Source of the DNA: an uncultured Chitinophagaceae bacterium
GTDB taxonomy: Bacteria; Bacteroidota; Bacteroidia; Chitinophagales; CAIOSU01
NCBI GenBank assembly: GCA_964502525.1
Contig: CAZCXH010000005.1
Location: 1 to 63,152 of the forward strand
Direction of reading: 5' to 3'
DNA length: 63,152 nt
The translations under genes and the position numbers were made by a program. Under the pieces are notes generated by a model. The model was not told the DNA's origin, searched no databases, and was given only the letters and a program-made list of their open reading frames with translations. Below are positions 27,289 to 36,735 of this stretch, piece after piece (within the stretch, counting starts at the first letter, position 1; the number at the start of each line of letters is the position of its first letter).

Positions 27289-30018
27289 TCAGGATGTCCC
27301 AACGTTTATAGTACTCTCCTCCGCCATTTTCACCGCCTGTTCCATTGTCATTCTCTTTCCGGATTCATAAGCCTGTGTGAATTCAGGTTCCGGCAGGATT
27401 CTGTGCAATTCAGCAGTTACACTTTCGTGCAACGCGCGGTCAGAAACCCAAAATGCATAGCCGATGGCTTTGATGGACGCATCCACTCTTCCTATCAGGT
27501 GCGCGGCTTTCAGGGTTTCACCACGCGAAAGCGCAATGCTTGACAGTCCGAGCATGCCGGCTGCAACAATCACATTCTCGCCTGTAAGACGCCCGCTGCT
27601 GATGGCGGTTTCATATTCCTTTTTAGCATTTTCCAAATCCTGCATCTCGCGGTAGCTGTGCCCCATCCCAACGTATGCCCATCCGCTGATTATTTTAAAT
27701 CCGGATTGTTGATAGCGCTGCAGGCTCATATTGAATGCCGGAATTGCCTCCGCGAATTTTCCGAGCGCGTTCAACATGTTGCCTTTCTGCATCATGGCGA
27801 TGCCCGACATCATGCTGTTGCCTGTTTGCAGGCTCAGGCGCTCGGCTTCATCAATCAACTGTTGCGCCATCTCCAGTTTTCCTGCGTTGGCTACCGCTTC
27901 TGCGAGCGTAGCCGATGCCGCGATGATGCTGTAAGGGTCGTTATATTCCTCTCCTAATTTTTTTGCCTCCATCAATATGTCGAGTGCAACAAGTTCACCG
28001 CAGCTCAGGTGGGTGACTCCCAGGTAAATCATCGCCCGCACGAGTGATGATTTCATTCCCAACTCCCGGAACAACTCAACGCTTTGCTTCAGGTCTCTTT
28101 TCCCTTTTTCGTAGCTTCCTGTGCTGAACATCACGATGCCTGATGAAAGCAGCGTGCCTGCAAAAATCACTTTATCATCTTTGCTAATTAATTCCATTGC
28201 CGTGCTGTCATGGGCGATATGCGCGGCTTCAATCCATTGAGCGGCTTCGCCTAATCTTCCCCGCATCATCCAGCAATGATTCAGCGCGCGCACCACACGC
28301 CATGCATCGCGGTAGCGGTTTGCTTCCACCGAGTTCCAGAATGCCGCGCGCAGATTCTGGTAATCCCGCTCAATGCGGTCAAACGCAGGATTATCGCTCA
28401 CTAACCATGCATCAGGATTCACTTTCTCGGCAAGCTCAATAAAATAACCGGTGTGCGCCTTCTTCACAGCGGACGCTTCAGCGCTGCGCAACAGCATATC
28501 TGTGGCGTATTCAAGCACTGTTTGCAACATTGTAAAGCGCGGCTCAACAGTTGCATCGCGCTCATTGTAATATGAAAATGTGCGGATGAGCCCGAAGTCG
28601 AGCAGCTTTTCGGTGGCATCCATGATGTCGCAATCCAGGGCGCCTGCCCTTTCTGCTACCGACTGTGCCGAATCGAGCGTCCACCCGTCACTGAACACGG
28701 CAAGATGCCTGAATAATTTCTGACAGGAAGGATCGAGCAGGTTGTAGCTCCAGTCAATGGTGGCGCGAAGCGTTTTCTGGCGGTCGGGCAAATCGCGGTG
28801 CCCGTGTGAGAGCAGGTCGAGCGTTTTGTTCATGCGGCTTTGCAAAGCTGCCGGGCTGAGAAATTTTGTGCGTGAAGCGGCAAGCTCGATGGCGAGCGGC
28901 AGTCCGTCAAGCCTGCGGCAGATTTCCGAAATAGCGCGCACGTTTTCATCATCCAACGGCACATTCAGGTTCACTGCCCTGGCGCGCTGAATGAATAATT
29001 CCACCGAAGGAAATTTCAAAATTTCACTGCGGGAAAAAATCCGTTCACCTTCCGCATGTTGCAGCGGCTGAACCGGGATGACATATTCCCCACGGATGTG
29101 CAGCGGTGTGCGGCTGGTAACAATGATTTTGATGCAGTTGCAGTGTTCCAGCATTTCACTTAGCGCTACTGCCGCTCCAACGATTTGCTCGAAGTTGTCG
29201 AGCACCAGCAAAATATTTTTATCGCACAGGTAATCAAAGAGCGTGGTTTTGATAGCCTGCTTTCCGGAATCAAACAAGCCCAATACATGCGCAATCATAG
29301 CGGGCAGCAACGTTTCATCGGTAACAGAAGAAAGCGGCACGTAGTATAATCCGTCTTTGAAACGCTCTTTGATATTGTTCGCAAATTGAATGGCAAGGCG
29401 CGTTTTACCGGTGCCACCGGTGCCGGTGAGTGTAACGAGGCCGACATCAGGCCGTGCGATTAATTCTCCAAGTTCCTGCAATTCTTTTTCACGACCCAGA
29501 AGCGCAGAATGAATGACAGGAAGATTGGATTTGTGTTCATGCTTTTGCAAGGGCTGCTCAAATTTTTCAGACAGCAGCAAAGCCAAATCATTCTCGAGCA
29601 GCTCCCGTAATTCTTCCGCAGAAGAAAAATTCCTGTAACAGACATTTCCGCTCTTTTCGATTTGCTTCAGCAGCGCAGCGAGTTTTTCATCGCGGCTGCC
29701 GGAAGGCTGTTTTACATAAATGAGCCGCGTTTTCCCTTCGGAAAGGAGGTATTCATCCTCTAATCCTGAAATGGTCATGTCCGGAGCAATCCAGCCGTAG
29801 CTGTTCCAATAGATGCCGACAAAAATGTGGCTCTGCTCCAAATATGCGCGATACAACTCGCGTGGCGGATGCGGACGCGCGCCCAATTCAAACAGTACGG
29901 GCGTGAGACGCAGTTTCGTGATTGCCTCTGTTGCCGCTTTGCGCTCATCCGCCAGTTCCTGTATCGTGGAACTGATAAACACGCGCACACGCTGGTCGGG
30001 GGTTTTGATTGCAGGCAT
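27289..30018 (-). CDS. STAND/NB-ARC-type NTPase with DUF4062-like N-domain and C-terminal TPR array (NLR-like)
   Basis: The N-domain reads VRVFISSTIQELADERKAATEAI...HIFVGIYWNSYGW. It has a Walker A GTGGTGKTRLA, a Walker B LLVLDNFEQ and GLPLAIELAA. About 350 aa of TPR-like helical repeats follow. Confidence 0.75.
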   Translation of the reverse strand: MPAIKTPDQRVRVFISSTIQELADERKAATEAITKLRLTPVLFELGARPHPPRELYRAYLEQSHIFVGIYWNSYGWIAPDMTISGLEDEYLLSEGKTRLIYVKQPSGSRDEKLAALLKQIEKSGNVCYRNFSSAEELRELLENDLALLLSEKFEQPLQKHEHKSNLPVIHSALLGREKELQELGELIARPDVGLVTLTGTGGTGKTRLAIQFANNIKERFKDGLYYVPLSSVTDETLLPAMIAHVLGLFDSGKQAIKTTLFDYLCDKNILLVLDNFEQIVGAAVALSEMLEHCNCIKIIVTSRTPLHIRGEYVIPVQPLQHAEGERIFSRSEILKFPSVELFIQRARAVNLNVPLDDENVRAISEICRRLDGLPLAIELAASRTKFLSPAALQSRMNKTLDLLSHGHRDLPDRQKTLRATIDWSYNLLDPSCQKLFRHLAVFSDGWTLDSAQSVAERAGALDCDIMDATEKLLDFGLIRTFSYYNERDATVEPRFTMLQTVLEYATDMLLRSAEASAVKKAHTGYFIELAEKVNPDAWLVSDNPAFDRIERDYQNLRAAFWNSVEANRYRDAWRVVRALNHCWMMRGRLGEAAQWIEAAHIAHDSTAMELISKDDKVIFAGTLLSSGIVMFSTGSYEKGKRDLKQSVELFRELGMKSSLVRAMIYLGVTHLSCGELVALDILMEAKKLGEEYNDPYSIIAASATLAEAVANAGKLEMAQQLIDEAERLSLQTGNSMMSGIAMMQKGNMLNALGKFAEAIPAFNMSLQRYQQSGFKIISGWAYVGMGHSYREMQDLENAKKEYETAISSGRLTGENVIVAAGMLGLSSIALSRGETLKAAHLIGRVDASIKAIGYAFWVSDRALHESVTAELHRILPEPEFTQAYESGKRMTMEQAVKMAEESTINVGTS

Positions 30019-30147
30019 GAGCGTAAAGTTAAAAATTTGCGGGACGGGCGTCCAGATCGGAGTTCTGAGCTATATGGAAGCTCATCAACGTTTTTGTGGC
30101 GGTGGGGATTGCGAGAGGAATCCGGCTTTGAGCTGTACGATTTTCGA

Positions 30148-30170
30148 CCGTAAACAAGTAAACCGTAAAC
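30148..30170. repeat. GTTTACGG-family short repeat cluster (reverse orientation)
   Basis: CCGTAAACAAGTAAACCGTAAAC lies just downstream of the FMN reductase stop. Related clusters are at 30755-30805 and 60566-60595. Confidence 0.6.
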
Positions 30171-30173
30171 GCA

Positions 30174-30743
30174 TCACTTCCTTACCATCTCCTCAAACGA
30201 AATGCCCGGGCAGATGTGCTTGCGAATGTAGTCAGTGTGATTTGTGGCGATTTGCCGGATAGCTTTCTCTGTCGGCTCGTCAAGGCAGTTACCGTTCGCG
30301 TCAAACATTTTCTGAACGTTCGCAACCGAAATGGAAAAAGGCAACACGATTGAACCCACATGCGCGCAGACGCTCCTCAAGTGCTCCAATGATTTCACCG
30401 CACCGATTCTTCCCGCAGCCACACCAAGCAGCGACACCGGCTTCCCTTGCAGCTTTGAAGGGAACGCGAGATTTTCAATCACCAGCTTCATCACGCTGCT
30501 GAATGTGCCGTGATATTCAGGCGTGGCGAGAATCACGCCCACTGCGCTCCCAACAATCTCCTGCAACTTTTTGCTGTCGTTATCACCCGTCATGCCCGGC
30601 ATATTCAGCCGGAAATCACCCGGGTCAATGGCAACCGCTTCCACATCGCTTTGTTTCTTCAACTCGTCCAGCACTAACCGCAACGCATAGCTGGTGTAGT
30701 TGTTTTTCCTGACGCTGCCTTGTATAGTTACAATTTTTATCAT
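30174..30743 (-). CDS. NADPH-dependent FMN reductase
   Basis: 189-aa flavodoxin-like ORF (MIKIVTIQGSVRKNNYTS...ATPEYHGTFS), typical of the NAD(P)H:FMN reductase family. Confidence 0.8.
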   Translation of the reverse strand: MIKIVTIQGSVRKNNYTSYALRLVLDELKKQSDVEAVAIDPGDFRLNMPGMTGDNDSKKLQEIVGSAVGVILATPEYHGTFSSVMKLVIENLAFPSKLQGKPVSLLGVAAGRIGAVKSLEHLRSVCAHVGSIVLPFSISVANVQKMFDANGNCLDEPTEKAIRQIATNHTDYIRKHICPGISFEEMVRK

Positions 30744-30754
30744 TTGTCTTGAAT

Positions 30755-30805
30755 GGTTTACGCGCTTACGGTTTACTGTTTACATGTTGTCAGACAATCG
30801 TAAAC
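30755..30805. repeat. GTTTACGG-family repeat cluster with hairpin
   Basis: GGTTTACGCGCTTACGGTTTACTGTTTAC is followed by the hairpin GTTTACATGTTGTC A GACAATCGTAAAC. It lies immediately upstream of the FMN reductase start. Confidence 0.6.
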
Positions 30806-30847
30806 ATATATGCCGGCTTTCCTTGCACCTTGAACCTGCTCCTAACC

Positions 30848-31720
30848 TCACACTCCCATTGGCACCTCCATCAGCAGGAACTCCGCATCCGCATCAGATT
30901 TGATGGAGAGCTTATCGGTGTTCCACACGCCCATCCCGTCACGCGCATTCAACGGTTGCCCGTTAATTGTCACGTTGCCGTTCAGCACAAACGCATAAAC
31001 TCCATTACCGTTTTTCCTGATTTGATAATCTTTTGACACGTCCTTGTCCCACTTGCCGAGATGAAACCACGCATCCTGGTGCACCCATACGCCCGCATCA
31101 TCGGCATTGGGCGACACGATCTGCTGCAGCTTGTTGTGGCGGTCTTCCAGCTTCAGGGTGATCTGGTCGTAGCGGGGAGCCACGTTGCGCTTGTTCGGAA
31201 AAATCCATATCTGTAAAAACTTCACGCGCTTGTCTTTGTTCTTGTTGTATTCGCTGTGCGTAATGCCTGAGCCTGCGCTCATCACCTGCACATCGCCATT
31301 GCGGATCACCGCCACGTTGCCCATGCTGTCCTTGTGTTCAAGGTCGCCTTCCAGCGGAATCGAGACAATCTCCATATTGTCATGCGGATGCGTGCTGAAG
31401 CCCATGCCCGACTCCACCGTGTCGTCATTCAGCACGCGCAGCACTCCGAAGTGCATCCGCTCGGGATTGTAGTAGTTGGCAAAACTGAACGTGTGATAAC
31501 TCTTCAGCCAGCCGTGGTCGGCATGACCGCGCGTGGCTGCCTTGTGCAAAACCGTATTCGTCATGATGGTTGATTTCGTATGTGGTAAATGATTAAATCC
31601 GATAACCTCCAATTCCTTCAGCTCGTCAATGCCATTCTTAATCACATTGCCGAGCGCTGCTGTGGAGGCGAACATGCCAGTCCCCAGCAACCCTTTTTTC
31701 AGAAAATCTTTTCTGTCCAT
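30848..31720 (-). CDS. pirin family protein with Tat-like leader
   Basis: The ATG at 31720 gives MDRKDFLKKGLLGTGMFASTAALG. The cupin core HPHDNMEIVSIPLEG is typical of pirins. Confidence 0.85.
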   Translation of the reverse strand: MDRKDFLKKGLLGTGMFASTAALGNVIKNGIDELKELEVIGFNHLPHTKSTIMTNTVLHKAATRGHADHGWLKSYHTFSFANYYNPERMHFGVLRVLNDDTVESGMGFSTHPHDNMEIVSIPLEGDLEHKDSMGNVAVIRNGDVQVMSAGSGITHSEYNKNKDKRVKFLQIWIFPNKRNVAPRYDQITLKLEDRHNKLQQIVSPNADDAGVWVHQDAWFHLGKWDKDVSKDYQIRKNGNGVYAFVLNGNVTINGQPLNARDGMGVWNTDKLSIKSDADAEFLLMEVPMGV

Positions 31721-31831
31721 GATAAGCGGCTTAACACAAAGATGCGTTGCAAGGTTCAAAGTGCAAATTTTTTTAAAACAAACGGGGCGGCAGGGCAACA
31801 CGCATTTAAATCAGTCAGATTATCAACCCCT

Positions 31832-31976
31832 TTCATTGCCGTTGGCTTCAGCCAACGGTTTAAGAATTGAGAGATCAACAGGCTTTAGCCAAATTTTTTT
31901 GTTTTTGGCAAGGTTGGGCTAAAGCCCATCATTCCCGCTCTTTTCACCTCAGTTGGCTGAAGCCAACGGCAATGAA
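31832..31976. repeat. nested palindromic repeat element, family R1 (copy 1)
   Basis: Perfect 25-bp terminal inverted repeats, TTCATTGCCGTTGGCTTCAGCCAAC and GTTGGCTGAAGCCAACGGCAATGAA. Each arm contains its own 8-bp hairpin (CCGTTGGC TTCA GCCAACGG). There is an inner GGCTTTAGCC / GGCTAAAGCC inverted repeat. A second copy is at 52684-52821. Confidence 0.85.
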
Positions 31977-32047
31977 GCTATCCAACATTTTAATGCGTGT
32001 TGCCCTGAACGGGTCTGTGAACCTTCTGCCCAGAAGCTGCTTCAAAC

Positions 32048-33607
32048 TTAAGAATGACGGGGCGCAGGGTTTGAAAACTTTGCCCTCATCACAACGCCAA
32101 AATCTTTCTTTTCTATTTTGCTGTCCAGCCATGCAATAAAGTCAAAATATTCCAACCCGATCTTTTCATAAGGGTCTTTGTTGAGTTTGTTCAACTCTGC
32201 GCGCAGCACTTTGAACGATTGAAGCAATTCTTTTTGATTGCGGATTCGCTCTAATTTCCGCAGATAGTGAAGTATTACCGTTTCCATTTTATAGAGACGC
32301 TTCTTTTTGAAGAGGTAACGATAGGTTGACTTAATGATGTAGGGCAGCAACAGGTTGTTGCCCAGTTCAAAGTGGATTATCAGCCGCATGATGCGCAACA
32401 CTGCAACAATATCTTCCCGCGTGCCTGTTTCGGCCTTATTGGCAACGACATCAACGCAATCAAGCGCTTCCCTGAACCGTTTTACCCCGAACTTGATTTT
32501 AGCCAACTCATAGTACAACAACGTAAGGCTATGCCCGGTGAGCAATTTGCGGTAATGCGTTATGCGGGATATTGCTTCGTTTGCCAGGATGTTTCCTCTT
32601 TCAAAATTTCCGCTGTACCAATAATAACTTAACTCTTCGCGATAGGACAACTCGAAAATTTTCAGGCGATTCAGATCCCGCTTTCCTGATTTATATGTGT
32701 CCGGGATCGCCCGCATGCGCGCGAGCGTTCTCAGAAACTCGGCATATTGCTGATTGTCATTTTGCGCCATCGCCAGGCTGTAAAGCGAGCCGATGTAGCG
32801 CGTCATGCGTTCTTCTATCAGATGCGGCTTTTCTTCCAGGGTTTGGACATGGAGCATGGAGAATTTATAGTATGTGCTGCTGTCCTGCATCGCGAAAGCG
32901 CAAATTTTGTGGGAATGGTAAAATGAAATTTTCGCTTCATAGGATAACGCTTTCCGCACGTCCCGGAGCAGCGGATGGTTCATAATGGTTGCATATTCTT
33001 TCCGTGTTTTTGCATCCCTGACAACTCCGCTTTTCTGATGCAGGATAAAGAGACGGTCGTTGAGCACGCTGTATCTGTTTTGATTGTTGAGAAGGGCGTT
33101 GATGCGCGCTTTCTCACCTGCGAGATCTTCCAGAGGACGACTCATTCGCTCCTGCTCGAATGAATACAGAATGGTCATTCTTTCCCATTCAAGGATGTCG
33201 AGCAGCGCAATAAAATTTTCGTAGTGCCTTGCTATCTTTTTCCCCTGCTGAATGAACCGGAAAGCCTCCCCATACAGCGCCTTGTTAAATAAGATTTCAA
33301 TTTGATGAATAAGTATCTTTAACCGGATGTCAGCCGATGATTGCAGATGAAAGGCATGGAGGCTTTTTAAGATGTTCGGATAGAGCTGATACTTCGTTTC
33401 GGCAAAGCTTTCCGCGAGTGGCCGGGTGCTAATCCTCTTTTTCAGTTTGCCTTCATCATACTCTTCCTGCGAATCCATCAAATCAAATAAGCGGATATAG
33501 TTGCTGTCGTCCTTCAGCGAATTCCATTTTGCGAATGCTTTAAAATACCACTTCTCCTGCTTGGACAATGATTTTATCAGGCGAAATAGGCTATCTGGAC
33601 TTTTCAT
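32048..33607 (-). CDS. hypothetical all-helical (TPR-like) protein
   Basis: 519-aa ORF with coding-like composition and no antisense competitor of similar length. There is no catalytic motif I recognise. Confidence 0.6.
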   Translation of the reverse strand: MKSPDSLFRLIKSLSKQEKWYFKAFAKWNSLKDDSNYIRLFDLMDSQEEYDEGKLKKRISTRPLAESFAETKYQLYPNILKSLHAFHLQSSADIRLKILIHQIEILFNKALYGEAFRFIQQGKKIARHYENFIALLDILEWERMTILYSFEQERMSRPLEDLAGEKARINALLNNQNRYSVLNDRLFILHQKSGVVRDAKTRKEYATIMNHPLLRDVRKALSYEAKISFYHSHKICAFAMQDSSTYYKFSMLHVQTLEEKPHLIEERMTRYIGSLYSLAMAQNDNQQYAEFLRTLARMRAIPDTYKSGKRDLNRLKIFELSYREELSYYWYSGNFERGNILANEAISRITHYRKLLTGHSLTLLYYELAKIKFGVKRFREALDCVDVVANKAETGTREDIVAVLRIMRLIIHFELGNNLLLPYIIKSTYRYLFKKKRLYKMETVILHYLRKLERIRNQKELLQSFKVLRAELNKLNKDPYEKIGLEYFDFIAWLDSKIEKKDFGVVMRAKFSNPAPRHS

Positions 33608-33773
33608 CCAATTTTGTTCTTTTTTTTAAAAATGCTATTGAAATACTTCTGTTTGGAATATAGTATTGATTTTGGACTTTTCACAGTATTTCTTTTTTTG
33701 AATTTTATTTTTCATGCCTGTTCGCCAAATTTGAACCCGTTAGTACTTTTATTTAACCACAAAATCTTTTTTT

Positions 33774-35777
33774 ATGAAACACCTTTACACTTTTCATTTT
33801 TTAACAGCCCTTGTGCGGTGCATGCGGGCTGAATTTGCTTTGCTATTCGCGCTGCTGACGTTACTGACGGCATCTGCTCATGCACAGCACCGTTCGTGCA
33901 GCGCCCATGAGATACATGCTCGGAAAATGGCTTCCGACACGCAGTATGCCGCTTCGCACCGGGCGCTGGAAGATTATACCGTCCGGTACCTGGATGAGTA
34001 TCTGCTGCGGAATGAGGCGGCAAACAAAACCGGATTGATTACCGTTCCGGTTGTTTTTCATATCATCAGCAATGGCGAGCCGGTGGGCACGGGAGCCAAC
34101 ATTGCCGATGCCCAAATCCTCAGCCAGTTGCAGGTGCTGAATGAAGATATGCGCAGGACGAACCCGGATGCGGTAAACACGCCTGCACGGTTCCAAGGCG
34201 TTGCAGCAGATTGCCAAGTGGAGTTTTGCATTGCGCTGCAAGACCCGCAGGGAGTGCCTGCTTTAGGCATCAACCGGATAAACGGAGGTCAGCCCGATTG
34301 GGATGTTCAGCAAATTGAAAATCTTAAGCCTACGCTTGCCTGGGACCCCAACCGTTACCTCAATATCTATGTGCTGGATCTTTTTACCCGAACAGGAGCC
34401 TTGGGCTTTGCGACATTTCCTGTTTCACCCGTTCCATTGAATGACGGCATTGTGTGCGATTTCAGAACGGTCGGCAGGTTTCCTGCAAATCCCTTTAACA
34501 ACTTTTTCAACGGGAGTTTCAATCTGGGCAGAACTGCCACGCATGAAATCGGACATTGGCTCAATTGCTTTCACATCTGGGGTGATGACGGAAACCTCTG
34601 CATCGGTTCCGATAACGTGGGCGATACGCCCAATCAAGCGGGACCTACGCCCGGTTGCCCCCAAGGCGGCAATGTCATCTTCAGTTGCAATAATGCGCCC
34701 AATGGCAACATGTTTATGAACTACCTTGATTTAACCGATGATGCCTGCATGAACATGTATTCCCTCGGGCAAAAAGTGAGGATGGATGCAACGTTTGATT
34801 TTATCAGGACAGGTTTTCTCAACAGCACCCGGTGCGACAGATTGTTCACCACCACCAATATCACGGCAGTGGCAGCAACCCTTACCTGGAGCCCGTGGAT
34901 TGGCGTTGCAGGCTATAATGTGCGCTGGAGAATAATTGGCGGCAATGGTGTCTGGACAAACGGCTTTGCGGCTGTCAACACGCTCAATATAGCAGGGCTT
35001 ACTCCCAGCCCCAATCCGGCAGCGTTCCAGTTTACTGCCTATGAATGGCAGGTGCAGCCGATATTTGCAAACGGAACAGGGGCATTCTCAGGTTCTCAGC
35101 TATTCAGAACATTGGGCTTAGCTCCCCCGGTGGTATGCCCGTATGATCCGAATGAAAATGCCGTTTTCGGACCTTACCTGATGCCCGGAACACAAAACCA
35201 GGGGATCATCTGTCCGGCAACCGACAGGGACCGTTTTGTCATCATGAACAACTACATGCAGGGAGGAACTCTGCGGATCATACTGAGCAACCTTGTGCTG
35301 GATTATGATATTGAACTTAGAAATGTGGCAAACAACAATTTGCTTGCATCCTCTGTCAATGCAGGATTGGTAAATGATACTATCCGTTATTCCAACTTCC
35401 CGATGGGAAATTATTATGTGTATGTGTTTGCCAAAATGCCCGGTATTGTAGCGGTGCAGCCCTACACTGTAAGAATGCTTCTTTTTCCTCCGGGAGCCCC
35501 TCTTCCTCCCGGCATGAGGACTGCCCCAGAAACTGCCCTGCGGGTTTATCCTAATCCTGCTAAAGATGTCATCAGCATTTCTCTCAGCGGAACAGAGGGT
35601 GACTTCACGGCAATGTTGAGCGACCTAACGGGAAAAACACTGAAGTATTTTTCCGGAAACGTATTCACCGGAGAAAATCGCACGTTCCCCGTTGATGACC
35701 TTGAAAGCGGTATTTATTTTCTGCGGGTCAGAGCAGGTAAGGAACAATTCACCGAGAAAATCTGCATCGCGCGATAA
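33774..35777 (+). CDS. secreted zinc metalloprotease (M43/pappalysin-like) with T9SS C-terminal sorting domain
   Basis: It has the HEIGHWLNCFH zinc motif, a signal peptide and a C-terminal RVYPNPAKDVISISL...GIYFLRVRAG..ICIAR Por-secretion tail. Confidence 0.75.
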   Translation: MKHLYTFHFLTALVRCMRAEFALLFALLTLLTASAHAQHRSCSAHEIHARKMASDTQYAASHRALEDYTVRYLDEYLLRNEAANKTGLITVPVVFHIISNGEPVGTGANIADAQILSQLQVLNEDMRRTNPDAVNTPARFQGVAADCQVEFCIALQDPQGVPALGINRINGGQPDWDVQQIENLKPTLAWDPNRYLNIYVLDLFTRTGALGFATFPVSPVPLNDGIVCDFRTVGRFPANPFNNFFNGSFNLGRTATHEIGHWLNCFHIWGDDGNLCIGSDNVGDTPNQAGPTPGCPQGGNVIFSCNNAPNGNMFMNYLDLTDDACMNMYSLGQKVRMDATFDFIRTGFLNSTRCDRLFTTTNITAVAATLTWSPWIGVAGYNVRWRIIGGNGVWTNGFAAVNTLNIAGLTPSPNPAAFQFTAYEWQVQPIFANGTGAFSGSQLFRTLGLAPPVVCPYDPNENAVFGPYLMPGTQNQGIICPATDRDRFVIMNNYMQGGTLRIILSNLVLDYDIELRNVANNNLLASSVNAGLVNDTIRYSNFPMGNYYVYVFAKMPGIVAVQPYTVRMLLFPPGAPLPPGMRTAPETALRVYPNPAKDVISISLSGTEGDFTAMLSDLTGKTLKYFSGNVFTGENRTFPVDDLESGIYFLRVRAGKEQFTEKICIAR

Positions 35778-35816
35778 AGGCAAGCAGTACTGTTTGGTTT
35801 TTTTTCTCATTCGACA

Positions 35817-35862
35817 AAAGGCAACAAACAAATTGAAAAAGGCAATTTGTTTGTTGCCTTTT
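35817..35862 (+). terminator. intrinsic terminator hairpin
   Basis: Perfect 19-bp stem AAAGGCAACAAACAAATTG / CAATTTGTTTGTTGCCTTT with a 7-nt loop and a T-rich 3' side, 40 nt after the protease stop. Confidence 0.6.
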
Positions 35863-36220
35863 GCACTTTGTCTATTTCTTGGAGATTGTTTGCCCCGCCT
35901 CGCTTAATAATGACAAGGAGTTGTTTAACAAGAGCAATGAGCACCGCAGAAATATAACCGAGCCGGCAATTCTGGGTGCCGTGTTCTCGAAAATGGGCTG
36001 CTACTTCAGCGCCCACCTGGTCAATAAGGCCCCAAGCAGGTTTGCAATAATACGCTAACCTGTAAACCAAAAACCATGAAAGGTGTATTCAACAATTTAG
36101 CGCAACACGCTAAGGTTCGATGATCGGAAACTCTTTTTCTCTTTTGTTTATTTCGGGCGAACTAAATTTGATTAAGAAATGGCATTAATCTTGTTATTGG
36201 TTTGCTCAAAAAAAGCAGAA

Positions 36221-36733
36221 ATGAAGAAATTTCTAATGTTCATTGTATTTGCGGTTCCGGCTGCGCTGCTGAATGCACAGGTAAAGGAAGCATTTACAGA
36301 TAAAAAACTCCCTTCAGTGGAAATATTGACGCTTGATGGCAAAAAGGTGAGTATAGCTGATTACGGGAAAAACGGAAAAATCACCATTCTGAATTTCTGG
36401 GCTACATGGTGCGGACCGTGCAAGCTGGAGTTGAACAACATCAGCGACATTTACGATGACTGGAAAAAGGATTACAATGCAGAGTTGATCGCCATATCCA
36501 TAGATGATGCGAGGAATACGGCCAAGGTGAAATCATTCGTGCAGGCGCAAGGTTGGGACTTCGAGGTGCTGCTCGATCCGAACCAGGATTTGAAGCGCGC
36601 TTTCAATTTCCAGATGCCCCCATACACAGTATTGACAGACGCTGAAGGCACGATAGTTTCAACGCACCTCGGCTACAAAAATGGCGATGAATTGATATTA
36701 GAAGATAAACTGAAGCAATTAACGAAGAAGTAG
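36221..36733 (+). CDS. TlpA-family thiol:disulfide oxidoreductase
   Basis: It has the thioredoxin motif WATWCGPC. A signal peptide starts at the ATG at 36221 (MKKFLMFIVFAVPAALLNAQ). Confidence 0.8.
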   Translation: MKKFLMFIVFAVPAALLNAQVKEAFTDKKLPSVEILTLDGKKVSIADYGKNGKITILNFWATWCGPCKLELNNISDIYDDWKKDYNAELIAISIDDARNTAKVKSFVQAQGWDFEVLLDPNQDLKRAFNFQMPPYTVLTDAEGTIVSTHLGYKNGDELILEDKLKQLTKK

Positions 36734-36735
36734 CG

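Noticed and set aside
31867-32139. ORFs of 90 and 62 aa crossing 31867-32139.
   Set aside because: They are translations of the R1 palindromic repeat and of the antisense of the 3' end of the 519-aa gene.
35807-36070. 87-aa minus-strand ORF, and the overlapping 65-aa plus-strand ORF, in the spacer after the protease terminator.
   Set aside because: Neither has a recognisable motif, they overlap each other, and part of the minus ORF runs through the terminator hairpin. There is not enough evidence to call either one.
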